Notes: generated by a model from the letters alone, not told the origin. Positions 11,560 to 24,400 are shown, counted from the whole stretch's first letter. The stretch is DNA of 62,461 nucleotides, filler included, from Choristocarpus tenellus KU-1152 (GCA_964200185.2; 11 parts of 11 records of this genome joined end to end with filler, not necessarily neighbours in it), one strand, 5' to 3'. A program made the numbers and translations.

Positions 11560-12594
11560 AAATTGGTTTATGGACTGCCGAAACTTTCGCCACACTTTGA
11601 TGTAGGATAACGTATGGCATCCACAATTTTTGCCATACTTTGTCGAACGATAAAAACTATATCAAAAATGTCATGAGGCGAGCAGATGAAGGGCGAAACA
11701 TGACTCACGATAATTTCATTATTGCATAAGGGCGAGAGACGGTGTCGGGGTTAGGGCGCACAGAGTTATGATTGGGACAGGTGCTAGGGTTGGCATCGGA
11801 AACAGAAACTGGAATGAATATCGTTTGATTACGATACATATCGGAACGCAGATATCGGAGAACACGAGCTTCGTCGATAGGTTTCGTTCTGCTCTTGATG
11901 GGAGGACGTGTGTGTCACCGGTTGGAAACTACGTTGGAACTAGTGAACACCACGTCTCTCTGATTTCAGTGTAAATGTGTGATCTCGGAAGGATATGGTG
12001 ACCATATGCTTAGCTATTCCTAGCCTTGAAGCACTAATCCCTCCTTCAGGTAATTACAGAACACACAGGCCACATTGGAGTGTGTCTCGCTGTGAGGGAG
12101 GCCTTGTCTTGCCTTTGGGATGTCCTCGGGTCTACCCCTCTGGAGTTCAGGAGTTCATTGCCGTTGTTAGCAAGATCCCCTAGTGGCTGGCGGGTCATCA
12201 TCGTACATCTGCAGTGCGATGGGTGTGATCCTCTCGAAGAACTGCGACAACGATTCCTCTATATTGTTCGGGCCTGTTGGTTTGTCGTCGACAGAGTGAA
12301 GGGGTGTGGGGTTTGTCGCATATGTGGTTTGGCGAAAGTTTTTTTTTGTACCATAATATAATTTTAATTAACTGCAAATATATGAAAAAGAAATGCAAAC
12401 TCAAAGTTTTGGCCCTCTCGCACCAATGAAGAAATAACCCATGGAGAGTTTCATGTATATATATATACAGTACCTACCCCGATTTTATACCAACTATTAT
12501 GTACCAAACCCATTTTGTACCGCTTTTTTCGACATACTAAAAAAAATAGGCTTTTGTACCGGAATCCTCGTATTCGGGCGACTTGGTACAAAAT

Positions 12595-12630
12595 GACCCA
12601 AAGTATCCGGGAGGGGGGGGGGGGCTACAC
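12595..12630 (+). mobile_element. MITE family B left end (contig-truncated)
   Basis: GACCCAAAGTATCCGGGAGGGG matches the start of the copy at 23538. Confidence 0.6.
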
Positions 12631-15600
12631 NNNNNNNNNNNNNNNNNNNNNNNNNNNNNNNNNNNNNNNNNNNNTTAATTAATTAANNNNNNNNNNNNNN
12701 NNNNNNNNNNNNNNNNNNNNNNNNNNNNNNATCCTGCCCCCTCCCCCACCCCCCTCCTAAACTCAACCCTGCACCATGCTATACATGTTCAGTCCTTTTT
12801 TTTGCATCATTTCCTCTCAAAAAAATATTTCAATGTCCAGAGGGTTTTTGCGTGGTAGTGGATCACCATGCTTCCAGGGGCCTGAGGTGGATCTTTGTGC
12901 CACTTTTGAACATGAATACCCCCTCAATCACTTTTGATACGGGCACATAAACATGTTAGCATCTGATTGGTCCAATGGAAACCAATAGCTGCGGTCCTGT
13001 TTTTGACCCTGTTTCTTTTCTTCTCCTATTTTTCCACCAGGGATCAATATGCTTTGATCTCCAGCATCTTTAGTATGTTTGATAACAACACCTTTGGAAC
13101 GGGCCTCCCACCAGAACCTTTTTTGTTGATTGCAGTCCAGAAAATATATACATGGGACCGAAATTTTGTGATTTTTTGTGATTTTTTATTGCTGAGGACC
13201 AAAAGTTACAAGTCTTTTTCAAAGTCAGAGCCGTAGGCAATGTAGGAGCCAAGATAACCATGTTTTTGTGGTGGCATGGGCTTGTAATGGAGATGCATGG
13301 GGCAGATAACGCCCTCTTGTACCCTTGCCTCCTCTCTCACTCTCAGTTTCTCTTACCCCTCAAAATATTGACTAGATTTTGATCTCATTCCTAGTTGACT
13401 CCCCCTCAACAGTGGACTCTGGGAGATCGAACCGTGCATCGGTGGGCAGCAGTGGCAGCTCAGGTGCAGAAGGTGTTTGGGAAGACGATGGTGATGATGC
13501 CACTGGAGGTGGACGTAGCCCCATGGCGACATTGGCCTCTGGCACAGCAGTAACTACGGCAGTTTCCTACAATGGTTCTGGAGGTGGGCTCAGTTTTGGG
13601 GAAGAGAGTTTACCTCGCCAAAGGGGGGTGGGTTCGGCTGGGGGGGAGGACCTGGTGGTGATGGGAGGAGGCAGGAGCTCTGAGGGCATAGAAAGCGATG
13701 CTCTGCGATGACGGCAGACTTGGGTTGGCATCAGTGGTGGGAGGAATGTGTGTGTTGAGGAATGTGTGTTGAGCACAGTCTTGCAAGGTGCTGCGATCAT
13801 TGCAGGTGTGGAGGGAGTGATAGTATCGATGAAATAAAAGTGAAGGATGGGAAAGGGGGAAAGGGGGAGAGGGGTGACACTAGTTCAAGTGATGTTCCTT
13901 GTGCATTCGTTTGTAGGGTAGGCTATGATTGTATCATCCATGGGTACTCGTCCCTCTCCGCGTCTGGTTGGTGACGAGGTCTGGTTGGTGACCTGCTTGT
14001 CTTCTCTTCGGTGCTATTACACTGATAGGTTGGGGTGATTATGTTCTGTTGATGGTGTTTGGTATGGCTGGGTCAGGCGTGTGCTAACTTGCAGCACTGT
14101 AGGCTCCACATATTTCTTGTTTTCTGTGTGTATGGTGTATGATAGTGTATGGGTGATACCTCTGGGTGTGATGTGTGTGGAAGAGAAAATTTCTAAGTGC
14201 ATTTTACGTCATATGTACAGCACCATTATTATGTATTTGTTTCTCCGTCTGTGAGAGGAACTGTGAGAGGAACTAATGAATAAACAGGTTTCTTGATTGG
14301 TGCACCACATGATGCCTGAGGGTGCTAAGAGGAAGAGACACCTGATGCGACTGTCATCGTAGGTCCCCTCAGTAGTCAGCAGTTAATACATTCAACTGTT
14401 TACAAACAATATGTCTGTCCCCTCAGTTCTGAGTCATGAGATTGAGTTGCTATACTGGTGCCAGGGACTGTGGTTGCTACCCAGGTGGCCAACCCAGTTC
14501 CCGCATGATAGCCTGCTTCAACCCTGGGCACTCCTACCTCAGAGTGTACAAGACTTGACAGTTTCATTTTTTCAATCTATCAAGAGTCTTGAGTCATCAA
14601 AAAAAGAAACCGTTTCACACTCTGAGCCCTCTTCTATTATTAACCAGAGATTGAACTGTTTTCCCTCAAGCTTGAAATCACCTCTACAACAACAATGGGA
14701 GCTCCAGTGTATTTGATTGGCTGGTGTAGCATACCACCACAGCCCCCCTTGCCTGCTACAACCAAACTTGTAGGTAGATACAGACTTGGAAGTACCATGT
14801 ACCAAGTCCTCTGGAGTACTTGCCTGCAGCTTTTTAAGGCAAAGGATGTTTACAGACTGGTCGGTGACTTCACCCAGAAATTTCCTGTTTTCAGTGATAT
14901 CAGAAATCAAGTACTTAGCAGAGCTTCATGACACTTGTGGATTTATCCTCATCAGTACAAGAAGTTTCACATCTACATACTGTCAACATTTTGTTCTTGG
15001 TCATATTGTAGTGCTGACTAATCTGAAACCCTGTTTAAAATAATACATTTTTTTTTTTTAATCAGTTGTTCTCTTCAGGTCAAATCTTGTTGACTTCACT
15101 TCACACCCCAGGAAATGAATGCACCATCCCTCTCAACTCTTCTTTTATCCAACAACCTGGCCCTACACCAACTCCTTTTTAAGTACTACATACAATTAGT
15201 GTATGATCCCCCATTCCACTCTATAACACCAATCCTTCCTATAGTAGTGCAGCAGTCATTGACACTCACAGAATCAATCTCAATCACTCAGTTTGACAAA
15301 ACTGCAACCTGTCCTCCATACTTAGATGAGTGATGACATGTTGAAAACCAGGACACATGCAACATTTGTGCATAGCTCAAGAAAGCGAAGATCAGCTCAG
15401 GTGCTACCACTAGCTATAAATGCGATTTCCCCTCATTCAATGAAGCCAGTCGGCCCTACCAGGACTCTGGACATCACTTAAGTATCTACCATGTAAAACC
15501 CAGATATTCCCGTCCGTCCGTCCGTCCGTCCGACCATCTGTCTATGCATTGTTTGTGTGTGTAACCAGTGCTGTCTCTTGTCCTTGCACCTCTGCCATTC

Positions 15601-16279
15601 TCACGTCCTTGTGCCGATGACCCTAAGAAAAACAAAACATATTATTTTTGAAAGGATTCACGAGTGCTCCTTTGATTTGAATTGAGTCACCAAGACCCAC
15701 TGCTGCGGCGGTGGTGAGGAAGTTCAGTTCACAAAGTGCATCGATCACAAACGCACATGACAAAAGTCAAATATTGGAAAGGTCTTCAATTACGATCCCG
15801 ATTGATTTGTTATTTTGCATTATATACGCAGGTCGACTCAATTGATTTGTTGCAAATTCAAAAACGCCAAATTCTCGTTTTGAAAGTGGGGTTAGGGCAA
15901 AGGTTTTAAAGAATTTTGTTTTTCTGTATCGGAGTCCCACGGATTGCGTGTACTCCAACCTACCCTAGGTCATCGCTACTATTAAGACCAGCTCTCTTCT
16001 GTATCATCTGTCTCCTCACCACCTCCTGCCTTCTGCTATCACGTCAAGGGTGATGGTTCTTGTGATCATCTGCCTCCCATCCCACCCGTCGTTTTCATCT
16101 TGCACCAGAGCTCTACACCATCATATATATATATATATATATATATGTACCTGATCTTCAGTCTCAAACACCTGCTCACTGTCTCACAATCTCGTGCGTT
16201 CCAAGAAAAAGTCTTGGCAACCTTTTTCTACATCACTCAAAAAATAGCAAAAAATTTCATAGTAAGTACTACATTCAAA

Positions 16280-16850
16280 AAGTATCATCTCTCAGTTTGG
16301 TAATTGTTTGACACGCAGGATGCCCCAGCTGCGACAGAGTCACATTGTTCAGGGGGTTACAGATAATCTCAGGAAGAAAAATATGGCATGCAACAGAGCA
16401 TTGACAACTGTTGGTTAAAACATGCTGGGTGCAATATATTGCACAAGAGGGTACGCAACCCACATCTCCGACCCCACTGCCATTGACTTTCCCTTGTCTA
16501 CCAAGGCCGCACCAATTATGCCCCAGACCCTCAGTCCTCACTTCTCTTGTAGTACATGCACATGCTATGAGCAGGATGGCAACTCCAGAGGGTTAAAATT
16601 TGGTGCAAATGCTTTCAATTATGGTTGGGAATGTTCTTGCCAGGGTCAACTTAAATGCTGTGTTGACATCAAGCCTTTCTCATTACTATTGCAACACTGA
16701 TAACATTTCTCAACTTAAAATTCCCCATTTTTTGCTGGTTCCCCCAAAATATCAGATCAGCAACACCAGTACAATAGAACAATGTTAGTCTTAGCATGAC
16801 TATATCATGATGTATTATGCAGATTGATGGGGGGCTGTATGTATAGTGTA
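16280..16850 (-). pseudogene. Possible highly decayed non-LTR reverse transcriptase remnant
   Basis: Spaced motif look-alikes LDVNTAF ... GVGDVGCVPS ... PLNNVTL, interrupted by stops. Weak resemblance only. Confidence 0.3.
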
Positions 16851-17719
16851 AGCATTGACATTAGTTGGTGTTGTGTTGACTTCTTCTGGTGCATCCAACA
16901 AGGGGTTGTCGCATCTCAATAAACAAATCATCAACTACTCGGAAGCATAATCTACTGAGGAGACAGTCCTTTCCTTTCATGAGTAGACTGACTCTTGTGT
17001 TCAACAGCGTCAAAACACCAAGAGCAACATTTGTGGAGGAAGCACTGCAAGAGTCAATTCGTGCTTCAATTGCTATGTGCCCTCAATAATACCTTCAACA
17101 AATACTCTGCCTCAACCAATTCGCCCACATTTTTGCCCGCTTCAATCTGTATCACCCCCCCCCCCCCCCCCCCCCCCACCCCACCCCAAAAAACAACAAA
17201 AACCCCCCCCCCCCCCTTTCATCAAACAAACANNNNNNNNNNNNNNNNNNNNNNNNNNNNNNNNNNNNNNNNNNNNTTAATTAATTAANNNNNNNNNNNN
17301 NNNNNNNNNNNNNNNNNNNNNNNNNNNNNNNNGCCCTTGCTGCCTTGCTAGAAGGGTGGGTAGGGTAGCCACCAGTGATCCTACAAAAGCCGCATGCTGG
17401 CGGTGTTTCATGGAAGAGAGGCCCGACCCCCCGCACTTGTAGGCATCTGTGCCTGTACTTGTTGGTGGGTCTCTAGGCGGAGAGACCTATTGTTGCACCC
17501 TCCCTCGAAGAAGTCTGTCCCCTCTGTTGCATCAGCTATCTGAATATTCCTAAAATTGTAACCTTTTCTTTTCTTTTGTTTCTTTTTATTTGTAATTTTT
17601 CGTAATCTAACTCATTAGTGTAGCTTTATTTTTAGCTTTACTATGGTGTTAGATTATATATATTTTTCAATTTTTGGGTTTTAAATTTGAGGTTTATCCC
17701 GTCAAGGACAGCTTAACAG

Positions 17720-17918
17720 CGATTTTGATGTAATTTTGGCTATCCTGTTATGAAGTGTCAATATCCTTGTTCTGGACACACCTTTGCACAGTGTAAATAT
17801 CTTATATACTCCAAAACATTTCAGAGTAGTATGTAAAATATCTTAATAAACCCGTGGGAAGCCAAACCCCAAACGGACAAACAGGGCAAAACTCGTACCC
17901 TCTAAGATACTTTCACTC
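17720..17918 (+). mobile_element. MITE family A, 5'-truncated
   Basis: Internal homology to the 8596 copy. Ends GTACCCTCTAAGATACTTTCACTC. Confidence 0.85.
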
Positions 17919-18099
17919 CACTCCTTAAATTTTACCACCCCACAAGATGGATCAGTGTGGGAGGTGGTACCATTGAGTTCCCTGGGAAGAGTATGCCCTG
18001 TTAGACGCATATCAATGCCAACAATCCGCAAATCAAAACCCCTGCACAGGTTGAATAGGAGAGGCATTCCACATGGCGGTTGATGCAATATGATAGACT

Positions 18100-18357
18100 G
18101 ATTCAAAGTAATTTAGAGAGTAGAGCCTCGTCCGTTTGGCGGCCAAAATCCGATGTTGAAAGTTTGATGTTATTTTGACTATCACGTTTGTTAGGAAGTG
18201 TCAATACCCTTGTTCCAAACACACCTTTTCATAACATACACATTTTTCCTACTCCAGAACATTTCGGAGTAGGTAAAATGTCCTAAAAACCCATGGAAAT
18301 CCAAGTCCCAAATGGACAAACAGGGTGAAACTGCTACCCTCAAAGATACTTTCACTC
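18100..18357 (+). mobile_element. MITE family A, full length
   Basis: GATTCAAAGTAATTTAGAGAGTAG ... CTACCCTCAAAGATACTTTCACTC, 258 bp. Confidence 0.85.
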
Positions 18358-21030
18358 ACTCGAGAGGAGCAACACTTCTTGGGCACTTAGAGACGAACAC
18401 GACTTGTTATGATACATTGACACCTATGCCATCACTACGACTTCAATCTTAAGTAATTCAGGTACCTTCTTTTAGTGAATGTACCACACCATCACGATTG
18501 CTAATCATGAATCTAAAAAATTCTTCTCTGATACAATTTTGCGATCATCACTGTCACATTTACAAAAATTGTGGTTCGTAGTGTTTGTAGTGTCTTGTAT
18601 CTTCTAGAAAACTAGCAACCGAAAACAGATTGTTGAACCTACTCGCCAAATTCGTTTTCTCAACGTGGTTATGCCCACTGATATTTTGTACGTGTTGTGG
18701 TACGTATTTCTCTAAGGAAGAAGATATGTAGAGTAAGGGAAACAACAGACAAAAATGAACTAGACCCCGCTGGGAGGGGCTGGACCCCTCAAGAGTTGCA
18801 AATCGAATTGGGGAGGAGTGGAGAGAGTGCAGCAAGACTCCTTTCGTCATTCCACACAGCAAGAGAGATTATATTGAAGTCAAGGTATTGCGTTCCAATA
18901 TGATCTGCATACATATACTGTACTCACACTAGATTGTTGGATTTCACAATTTCGAACTCACAATAAAAGAGAAAAAACAGCTCTATGGAGGCGGTGCCTA
19001 CTGATACAGACAGGCAGATAGGCGGACAGACAGACAGATAGGGGGAGAGCATTTGCTTGGTCTTACATGATATGTACGTGAGAGGGAGAATATCGGCTCT
19101 ATATGACTCAAACTTCAAACACATTGCAATGTGATAAGACAACTAACCCTATAGTGCTGGACATGAAGGGATGAGAGCAGGTACTGGTAACGTACAGAGA
19201 CGGACAGATGGATGGATGGATTGAGGAACAACTTGATTTGATACGGTAGTATGGGAGAGAGTTGGTACCAGTAACAAACAGACAGACAGACGGACAGATA
19301 AATAGATGTACAGGAACTACTTAATTTTACATGGTACGTACATGAGAGGGGACTAGAAAATTGGTGAGGACCCCTTTGGACAATAATAGGAATCAACTTG
19401 ATTGATACAATTTAACAAAATAACTCTACAAAAATATAGAACCAGTGCTACCACGTACAGACAGACAGACAGACGTATGGAGGGACGAGAGTTACAGCTG
19501 GTTTTTCATCTCTCACATGTGTACGATGTAAGACCAAGAATTCGTGTGCACCCATCTGTCTGTTTGCCTCTACCTTCCAGCACCAGCTCCATCGAGTTGT
19601 ATTTTCTCTTTGCAAGTTGTTGTTTGAAGTTTTAGTCCTGTTATTGCTAGTGACATAGTTCATCTGTTTGTCAGATATCAACACAAGACCTTCCCTTCAA
19701 CATAAGCTCCCTTCCACACAAAAAAGTGAGAATGAACAATGCGCTCTCTTCTCTCTTTCAACAAAAGCTACCTCCCTCCCCCACAAAGACGCGAGAAGGC
19801 ACAATGCACTCTCTCCTCTCTTCCCCTCTGCGATACACAACACTACGGGAGGATTCCAGCCCCTCCCAGAGTGGTCTATTCATTATTGGAACAATTGCGC
19901 GCAAGAGCACAGGCGAACTTTCACTTGAGGGCGAGAGCTGGCACTGGAAAGGTACAGAGACAGGCAGATGTCGGGATTGACGCGAATGACTTGGTTTTGT
20001 ACGATATTTAAACGAGAGAGTAGGCACTGGTAATGTACAGACAGAACAGACAGACCGACAGATACAGATCGATGGATGAACAACAATAGATAAGGGTCTG
20101 AAGAACGTATGTGTGAGTGTATAGCCTATACACTCTGAAGTTCATAATATATATATAATGTGCTCCTTTTCTTGAGCCAATTGTGGTCCTTGGTGCTGGA
20201 GCTGATCCTTGCATTGTGGTTTTCATTCAGCGTATTTTTTCGTTGTCTCTGTCTGTTGTCTTAACTAATATACAGTATCTACCAATTTTTGTTTCATAGA
20301 TACGTAATAGCTATCTTCCTGCCAAGATATACCTTTAAAGTGCCTTTCCTTTAGAAGGTACTATACCTCAGAGTTCTGTATCCCCATATGACAATAATAC
20401 TAGGATTGCTTCCTGATGATAGGAATACGGAGTTGTTGAACGGAGCATAAAACACCACCTCAATCACGTGACTTGTCGTTTCTTTCCCGATTGACCTTCT
20501 GAGGCTTATTCACCCTCTTGCTTTGTCTCTCTCCCTGCCATTCCTCCCGTGAGTCCTCCTGCTCCCCTTTAGTCTGACGAACCTCTTTGTTGGTTTTCAC
20601 CTATTTCACATCGTCTTATTTTATTTTATACTCTCTTTTGCATTCCCTCGCTGACCATGAGTTGGAGTATGGTGAAGATACCTTCCTCTTACATACTACG
20701 TTTCTGGTGGAGATGCCTTCCACTTACGCAGAGTGTCTCAATTGTTTCTTCTTTATATATCACTTCCGACAGAAGTACGTAATTATACTTACTTCATAGA
20801 TCAAATATTTCTGATAATCTATCAATCTATCAATCTATCAATCTATCAATTGAACTATCAAATCAATCATCTAACCATCTCTGGCTTGATACACGCATCA
20901 AACATTTATTTTTTTATATTTCGAAAGGTTTGCAGGAAGTCAGAATACCATCTCAGAAACATCTACCATAACATGCATCCACTATGAAAGCCATCCACCA
21001 CCCGGTGTTGTCCCATAGCTTACTCGAGGT

Positions 21031-22908
21031 ATGCAGAGAGAACAGTGCCACATCGTGCTAGGCCTCGTGGCTAGTTCTGGCTTTATCCGACCTGGGCGTA
21101 ACAATAATCTTCAGTTGACCAGTCTAGGCGTTTGCAATGAGTGTCGCAACCGAGTGGGATTTCATGTCGGGATTACCTTGAAGACACCGTGTGAAATATT
21201 GGCAAGTTTTGGACTACTGTTGGAGAGCAAGAGAAATCGAGCATCACGTATTCCTGCTCTTCGTATCCATGGATTGAAGTGGGATCTCAACGAACTGGCC
21301 TTGTCCTCCAACGAAAGGCTGACTGTCACCATTGTTGGTTTGGGCAATGATATCCCCCAGCTGACCTTCGGCGATCGATTCCACAGGGTACTAGATGGCG
21401 TATTATGTCCATCACCACTCAAACAGTTAGTCTTAGGTGATCACTTCAACCAGGCAGTTTATGAGGTACAGTGGCCAACGGGGCTGCAGGTGCTGACGTT
21501 CGGCGATGGATTCAATCAAGCAGTTGACCGAGTGAAGTGGCCTTCTGGGCTTCGACAGCTTGCTTTTGGATCGGCGTTCAACCAGTCAGTAAATGGAGTA
21601 GTGTGGCCCGCCGAGCTCAAGCAGCTGACCTTTGGATTTTACTTCAATCAGGCAGTGGATGGGGTACAGTGGCCAACGGGGCTGCAGGTGCTGACATTCG
21701 TCGGTCTATTCAACCAAGCAGTTGAGGGAGTGCAGTGGCCTTCTGGGCTTCGACATATTGCTTTTGGACCGGCGTTCAACCAGCCAGTAAATGGAGTAGC
21801 ATGGCCAGCTGAGCTCAAGCAGCTGACCTTTGGATTTTACTTCAATCAGGCAGTGGATGAGGTACAGTGGCCAACGGGGCTGCAGGTGATGACATTCGTC
21901 GGTCGATTCAATCAAGCAGTTGACCGAGTGATGTGGCCTTGTAGACTGCGACAGCTTGATTTTGGCCCAGAGTTCAACCAGGCAGTAAATGGAGTAGCAT
22001 GGCCTGCAGAGCTCAAACAGCTGACCTTTGGCCATGACTTCAATCAGGCAGTGGAGGAGGCACAGTGGCCAACGGGGCTGCAGGTGCTGAGGTTTGGCGA
22101 TGACTTCAATCAAGCAGTTGACCGAGTGAAGTGGCCTTCTGGGCTTCAACAGCTTACTTTTGGACGGAGGTTCAACCACCCAGTAAATGGAGTAGCATGG
22201 CCGGCTGATCTCAAGCAGCTGACCCTTGGATATGGCTTCAATCAGGCAGTGGATGAGGTACAGTGGCCAACGGGGCTGCAGGTGCTGAGGTTTGGCGGTG
22301 GTTTCAATCGAGCAGTTGATGGAATGAAGTGGCCTTCTGGACTTCGACAGCTTGCTTTTGGATATAGGTTCAACCGGCCAGTAAATGGAGTAGCGTGGCC
22401 TGCTGAGCTCAAGCAGCTGACCTTTGGAGTTGAGTTCAATCAGGCAGTGGATGAGGTACAGTGGCCAACAGGGCTAAAGATGCTGACGTTTGGCTGGGAA
22501 TTCAATCAAGCAGTTGACCAAGTGAAGTGGCCTTGTGGGCTTCAACACCTTGATTTTGGAAGGTGTTTCAACCAGCCAGTAAATGGAGTGGTGTGGCCCA
22601 CTGAGCTCAAGCAGCTGTCCTTTGGATATTACTTCAATCAGGCAGTGGATGAGGTACAATGGCCAACGGGACTGCAGGTGCTGACATTCGGCCATTGTTT
22701 CAATCAAGCAGTTGATGGAGTGAAGTGGCCTTGTGGGCTTCAACACCTTGATTTTGGAAGGTGTTTCAACCAGCCAGTAAATGGAGTAGTGTGGCCTGCT
22801 GAGCTGAAGCAGCTGACCTTTGGAGTTGAGTTCAATCAGGCAGTGGATGAGGTACAGTGGCCAACAGGGTTAAAGGTGACGACATTCGGCAATGACTTGA
22901 ATATGTAA
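21031..22908 (+). CDS. FNIP (FGxxFN) leucine-rich-repeat protein, 625 aa, with a possible degenerate F-box-like N-terminus
   Basis: About 24 tandem 22-aa repeats LxxLxFGxxFNQ(A/P)V..V.WP, with an exact 198-bp higher-order period from 21475 to 22861. An in-frame TAG at 21016 may be a splice acceptor, so an upstream exon is possible. Confidence 0.9.
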   Translation: MQREQCHIVLGLVASSGFIRPGRNNNLQLTSLGVCNECRNRVGFHVGITLKTPCEILASFGLLLESKRNRASRIPALRIHGLKWDLNELALSSNERLTVTIVGLGNDIPQLTFGDRFHRVLDGVLCPSPLKQLVLGDHFNQAVYEVQWPTGLQVLTFGDGFNQAVDRVKWPSGLRQLAFGSAFNQSVNGVVWPAELKQLTFGFYFNQAVDGVQWPTGLQVLTFVGLFNQAVEGVQWPSGLRHIAFGPAFNQPVNGVAWPAELKQLTFGFYFNQAVDEVQWPTGLQVMTFVGRFNQAVDRVMWPCRLRQLDFGPEFNQAVNGVAWPAELKQLTFGHDFNQAVEEAQWPTGLQVLRFGDDFNQAVDRVKWPSGLQQLTFGRRFNHPVNGVAWPADLKQLTLGYGFNQAVDEVQWPTGLQVLRFGGGFNRAVDGMKWPSGLRQLAFGYRFNRPVNGVAWPAELKQLTFGVEFNQAVDEVQWPTGLKMLTFGWEFNQAVDQVKWPCGLQHLDFGRCFNQPVNGVVWPTELKQLSFGYYFNQAVDEVQWPTGLQVLTFGHCFNQAVDGVKWPCGLQHLDFGRCFNQPVNGVVWPAELKQLTFGVEFNQAVDEVQWPTGLKVTTFGNDLNM

Positions 22909-23537
22909 TTAAAATGAGTGGAGTGACCTTGTTAGCTTCAACAGCTTGCTTTTGGATTGGAGTTCAACCAGGCAGTAAATGGAGTAGCGTGGCCTGCTGA
23001 GCTCAAGCAGGTGACTTTTAGTAATGACTGCAATCAGGCAGGGTATGGGTTTGGGTGGGCAGACTATAGAACAGAATACCTCAGGTGACCCTTGGATATG
23101 GCTTAGATCAGGAAGTGAATGAGGTTGGGTGGGCGGACTATTGTGCATAATACCATACGTATACATGGATTACAGTAGTATTTAACAGAAATAATTGAGG
23201 TTAATGTTTCACATCTTAGATATTTATAGAGTATCAATTCTGGGTTTTGATGTCCACATGTTGAGACATCACATTTCTATATCTTGGAGTATTCTAGAAA
23301 CGTTGTAAGTGTTCAGTTTCAGTGATTCTTTCTGGAAGCAACAGGTGCTAAGCCAAGCCCCACCATCTATAATAATGTCACTCTTCTCTTTTCAACCACC
23401 TCATCACGTTCAGCAAGGGGGAATCATGTGATGCTTCCATCTCTTTATTTTCTCGTCTTCCGTACTGACACAATTAACAGTCTAAATCTGTACAAAGTTC
23501 TCCAGGAACTAACTGTTGGAGCATTGTTCGAAAAATA

Positions 23538-23710
23538 GACCCAAAGTATCTGGGAGGGGGGTCTATACCAGTGTGTCCATTTCGACCATAACCAGGAAAA
23601 GTGCACTTACATTATCCATCCGACATACACAACCAAATCACCCAAAAACGCGACATGAAAAAATTGGCCCCAAATGGACAGTCGTCACCCCCCGCCAGAT
23701 ACTTTGACCT
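23538..23710 (+). mobile_element. MITE family B (173 bp), TSD AATA
   Basis: GACCCAAAGTATCTGG ... CCAGATACTTTGACCT. AATA flanks at 23534-23537 and 23711-23714. Confidence 0.88.
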
Positions 23711-24260
23711 AATATATTGAAGGGGTGGCTTGGCTACCAGGATTCCATTGGTTGAGATTTCTGAATCAGTTTAATGGAGAGATTTCAGAGATGAGCTGCT
23801 CGGCAGGAATCCATCATGTGAGTCTTGGAGAGTTCCTTAGTTGGGATATTTGATTTGAGGGTAGCCTTCAGGACTCCTTGAGTTTGCATTTGGAGATCAC
23901 TTTAATCAAGAGATTTCACGGATGGAGTGGCCGACGGGACTTAAGGGAGTAGGATAGAGCATAAGGTTTTGATCAAAACGTCTCAGGGTTGAGGTAGCTG
24001 ACAATCCTTTAAGAGCTGACATTCCGAATTTAATCTACCCTGGTGGTGGATGAGGTGTTACCGTCTGGCATAACGGTGACCGTTAGATGAATTCGTCACA
24101 CAATCTTGTAGAACATCACAGTTGGCAGGGGGAGAGATGTTACTGGCCGTCTCACTGGTCATGTACTGAAGAGGGACTAAGTTGAAGAGCACGCAAAGGC
24201 TGATTCAATTTAATCGAAAATCATTTCCCCTAGACAATTATGTGACTTTTTTTCGTATCT

Positions 24261-24400
24261 GGGTCAAAGTATCTTGGGGGGGAGGGTGTCGGAGTCCATT
24301 TTTCAATCTTTTTTCGATTTTCACTTTTTTGGTGTGATTTGGTCGCACGGGTCGGATTTGAAAATTAAAAAAAAAAGAGGGTTGTTTGGCCAAAACGGAC
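24261..24400 (+). mobile_element. Terminus of Sola-like element family C (contig-truncated)
   Basis: GGGTCAAAGTATCTTGGGGG...GGTGTGATTTGGTCGCACG matches 1-63 (reverse complement) and 57916-58030. Confidence 0.7.

Noticed and set aside
12467-12594. TA-CAGTACC start resembling a Tc1/mariner end
   Set aside because: No second end or coding evidence before the contig break.
12780-13800. Protein-like minus-strand reading (Pro/Ser-rich, then basic)
   Set aside because: Multiple stops and frameshifts, with no recognisable family.
21475-22908. CRISPR-like or DGR-like interpretation of the conserved-repeat/variable-segment array
   Set aside because: The variable part is only ~6 nt within an open frame. 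There is no spacer structure, no adenine-specific bias evident, and no RT or template repeat nearby.
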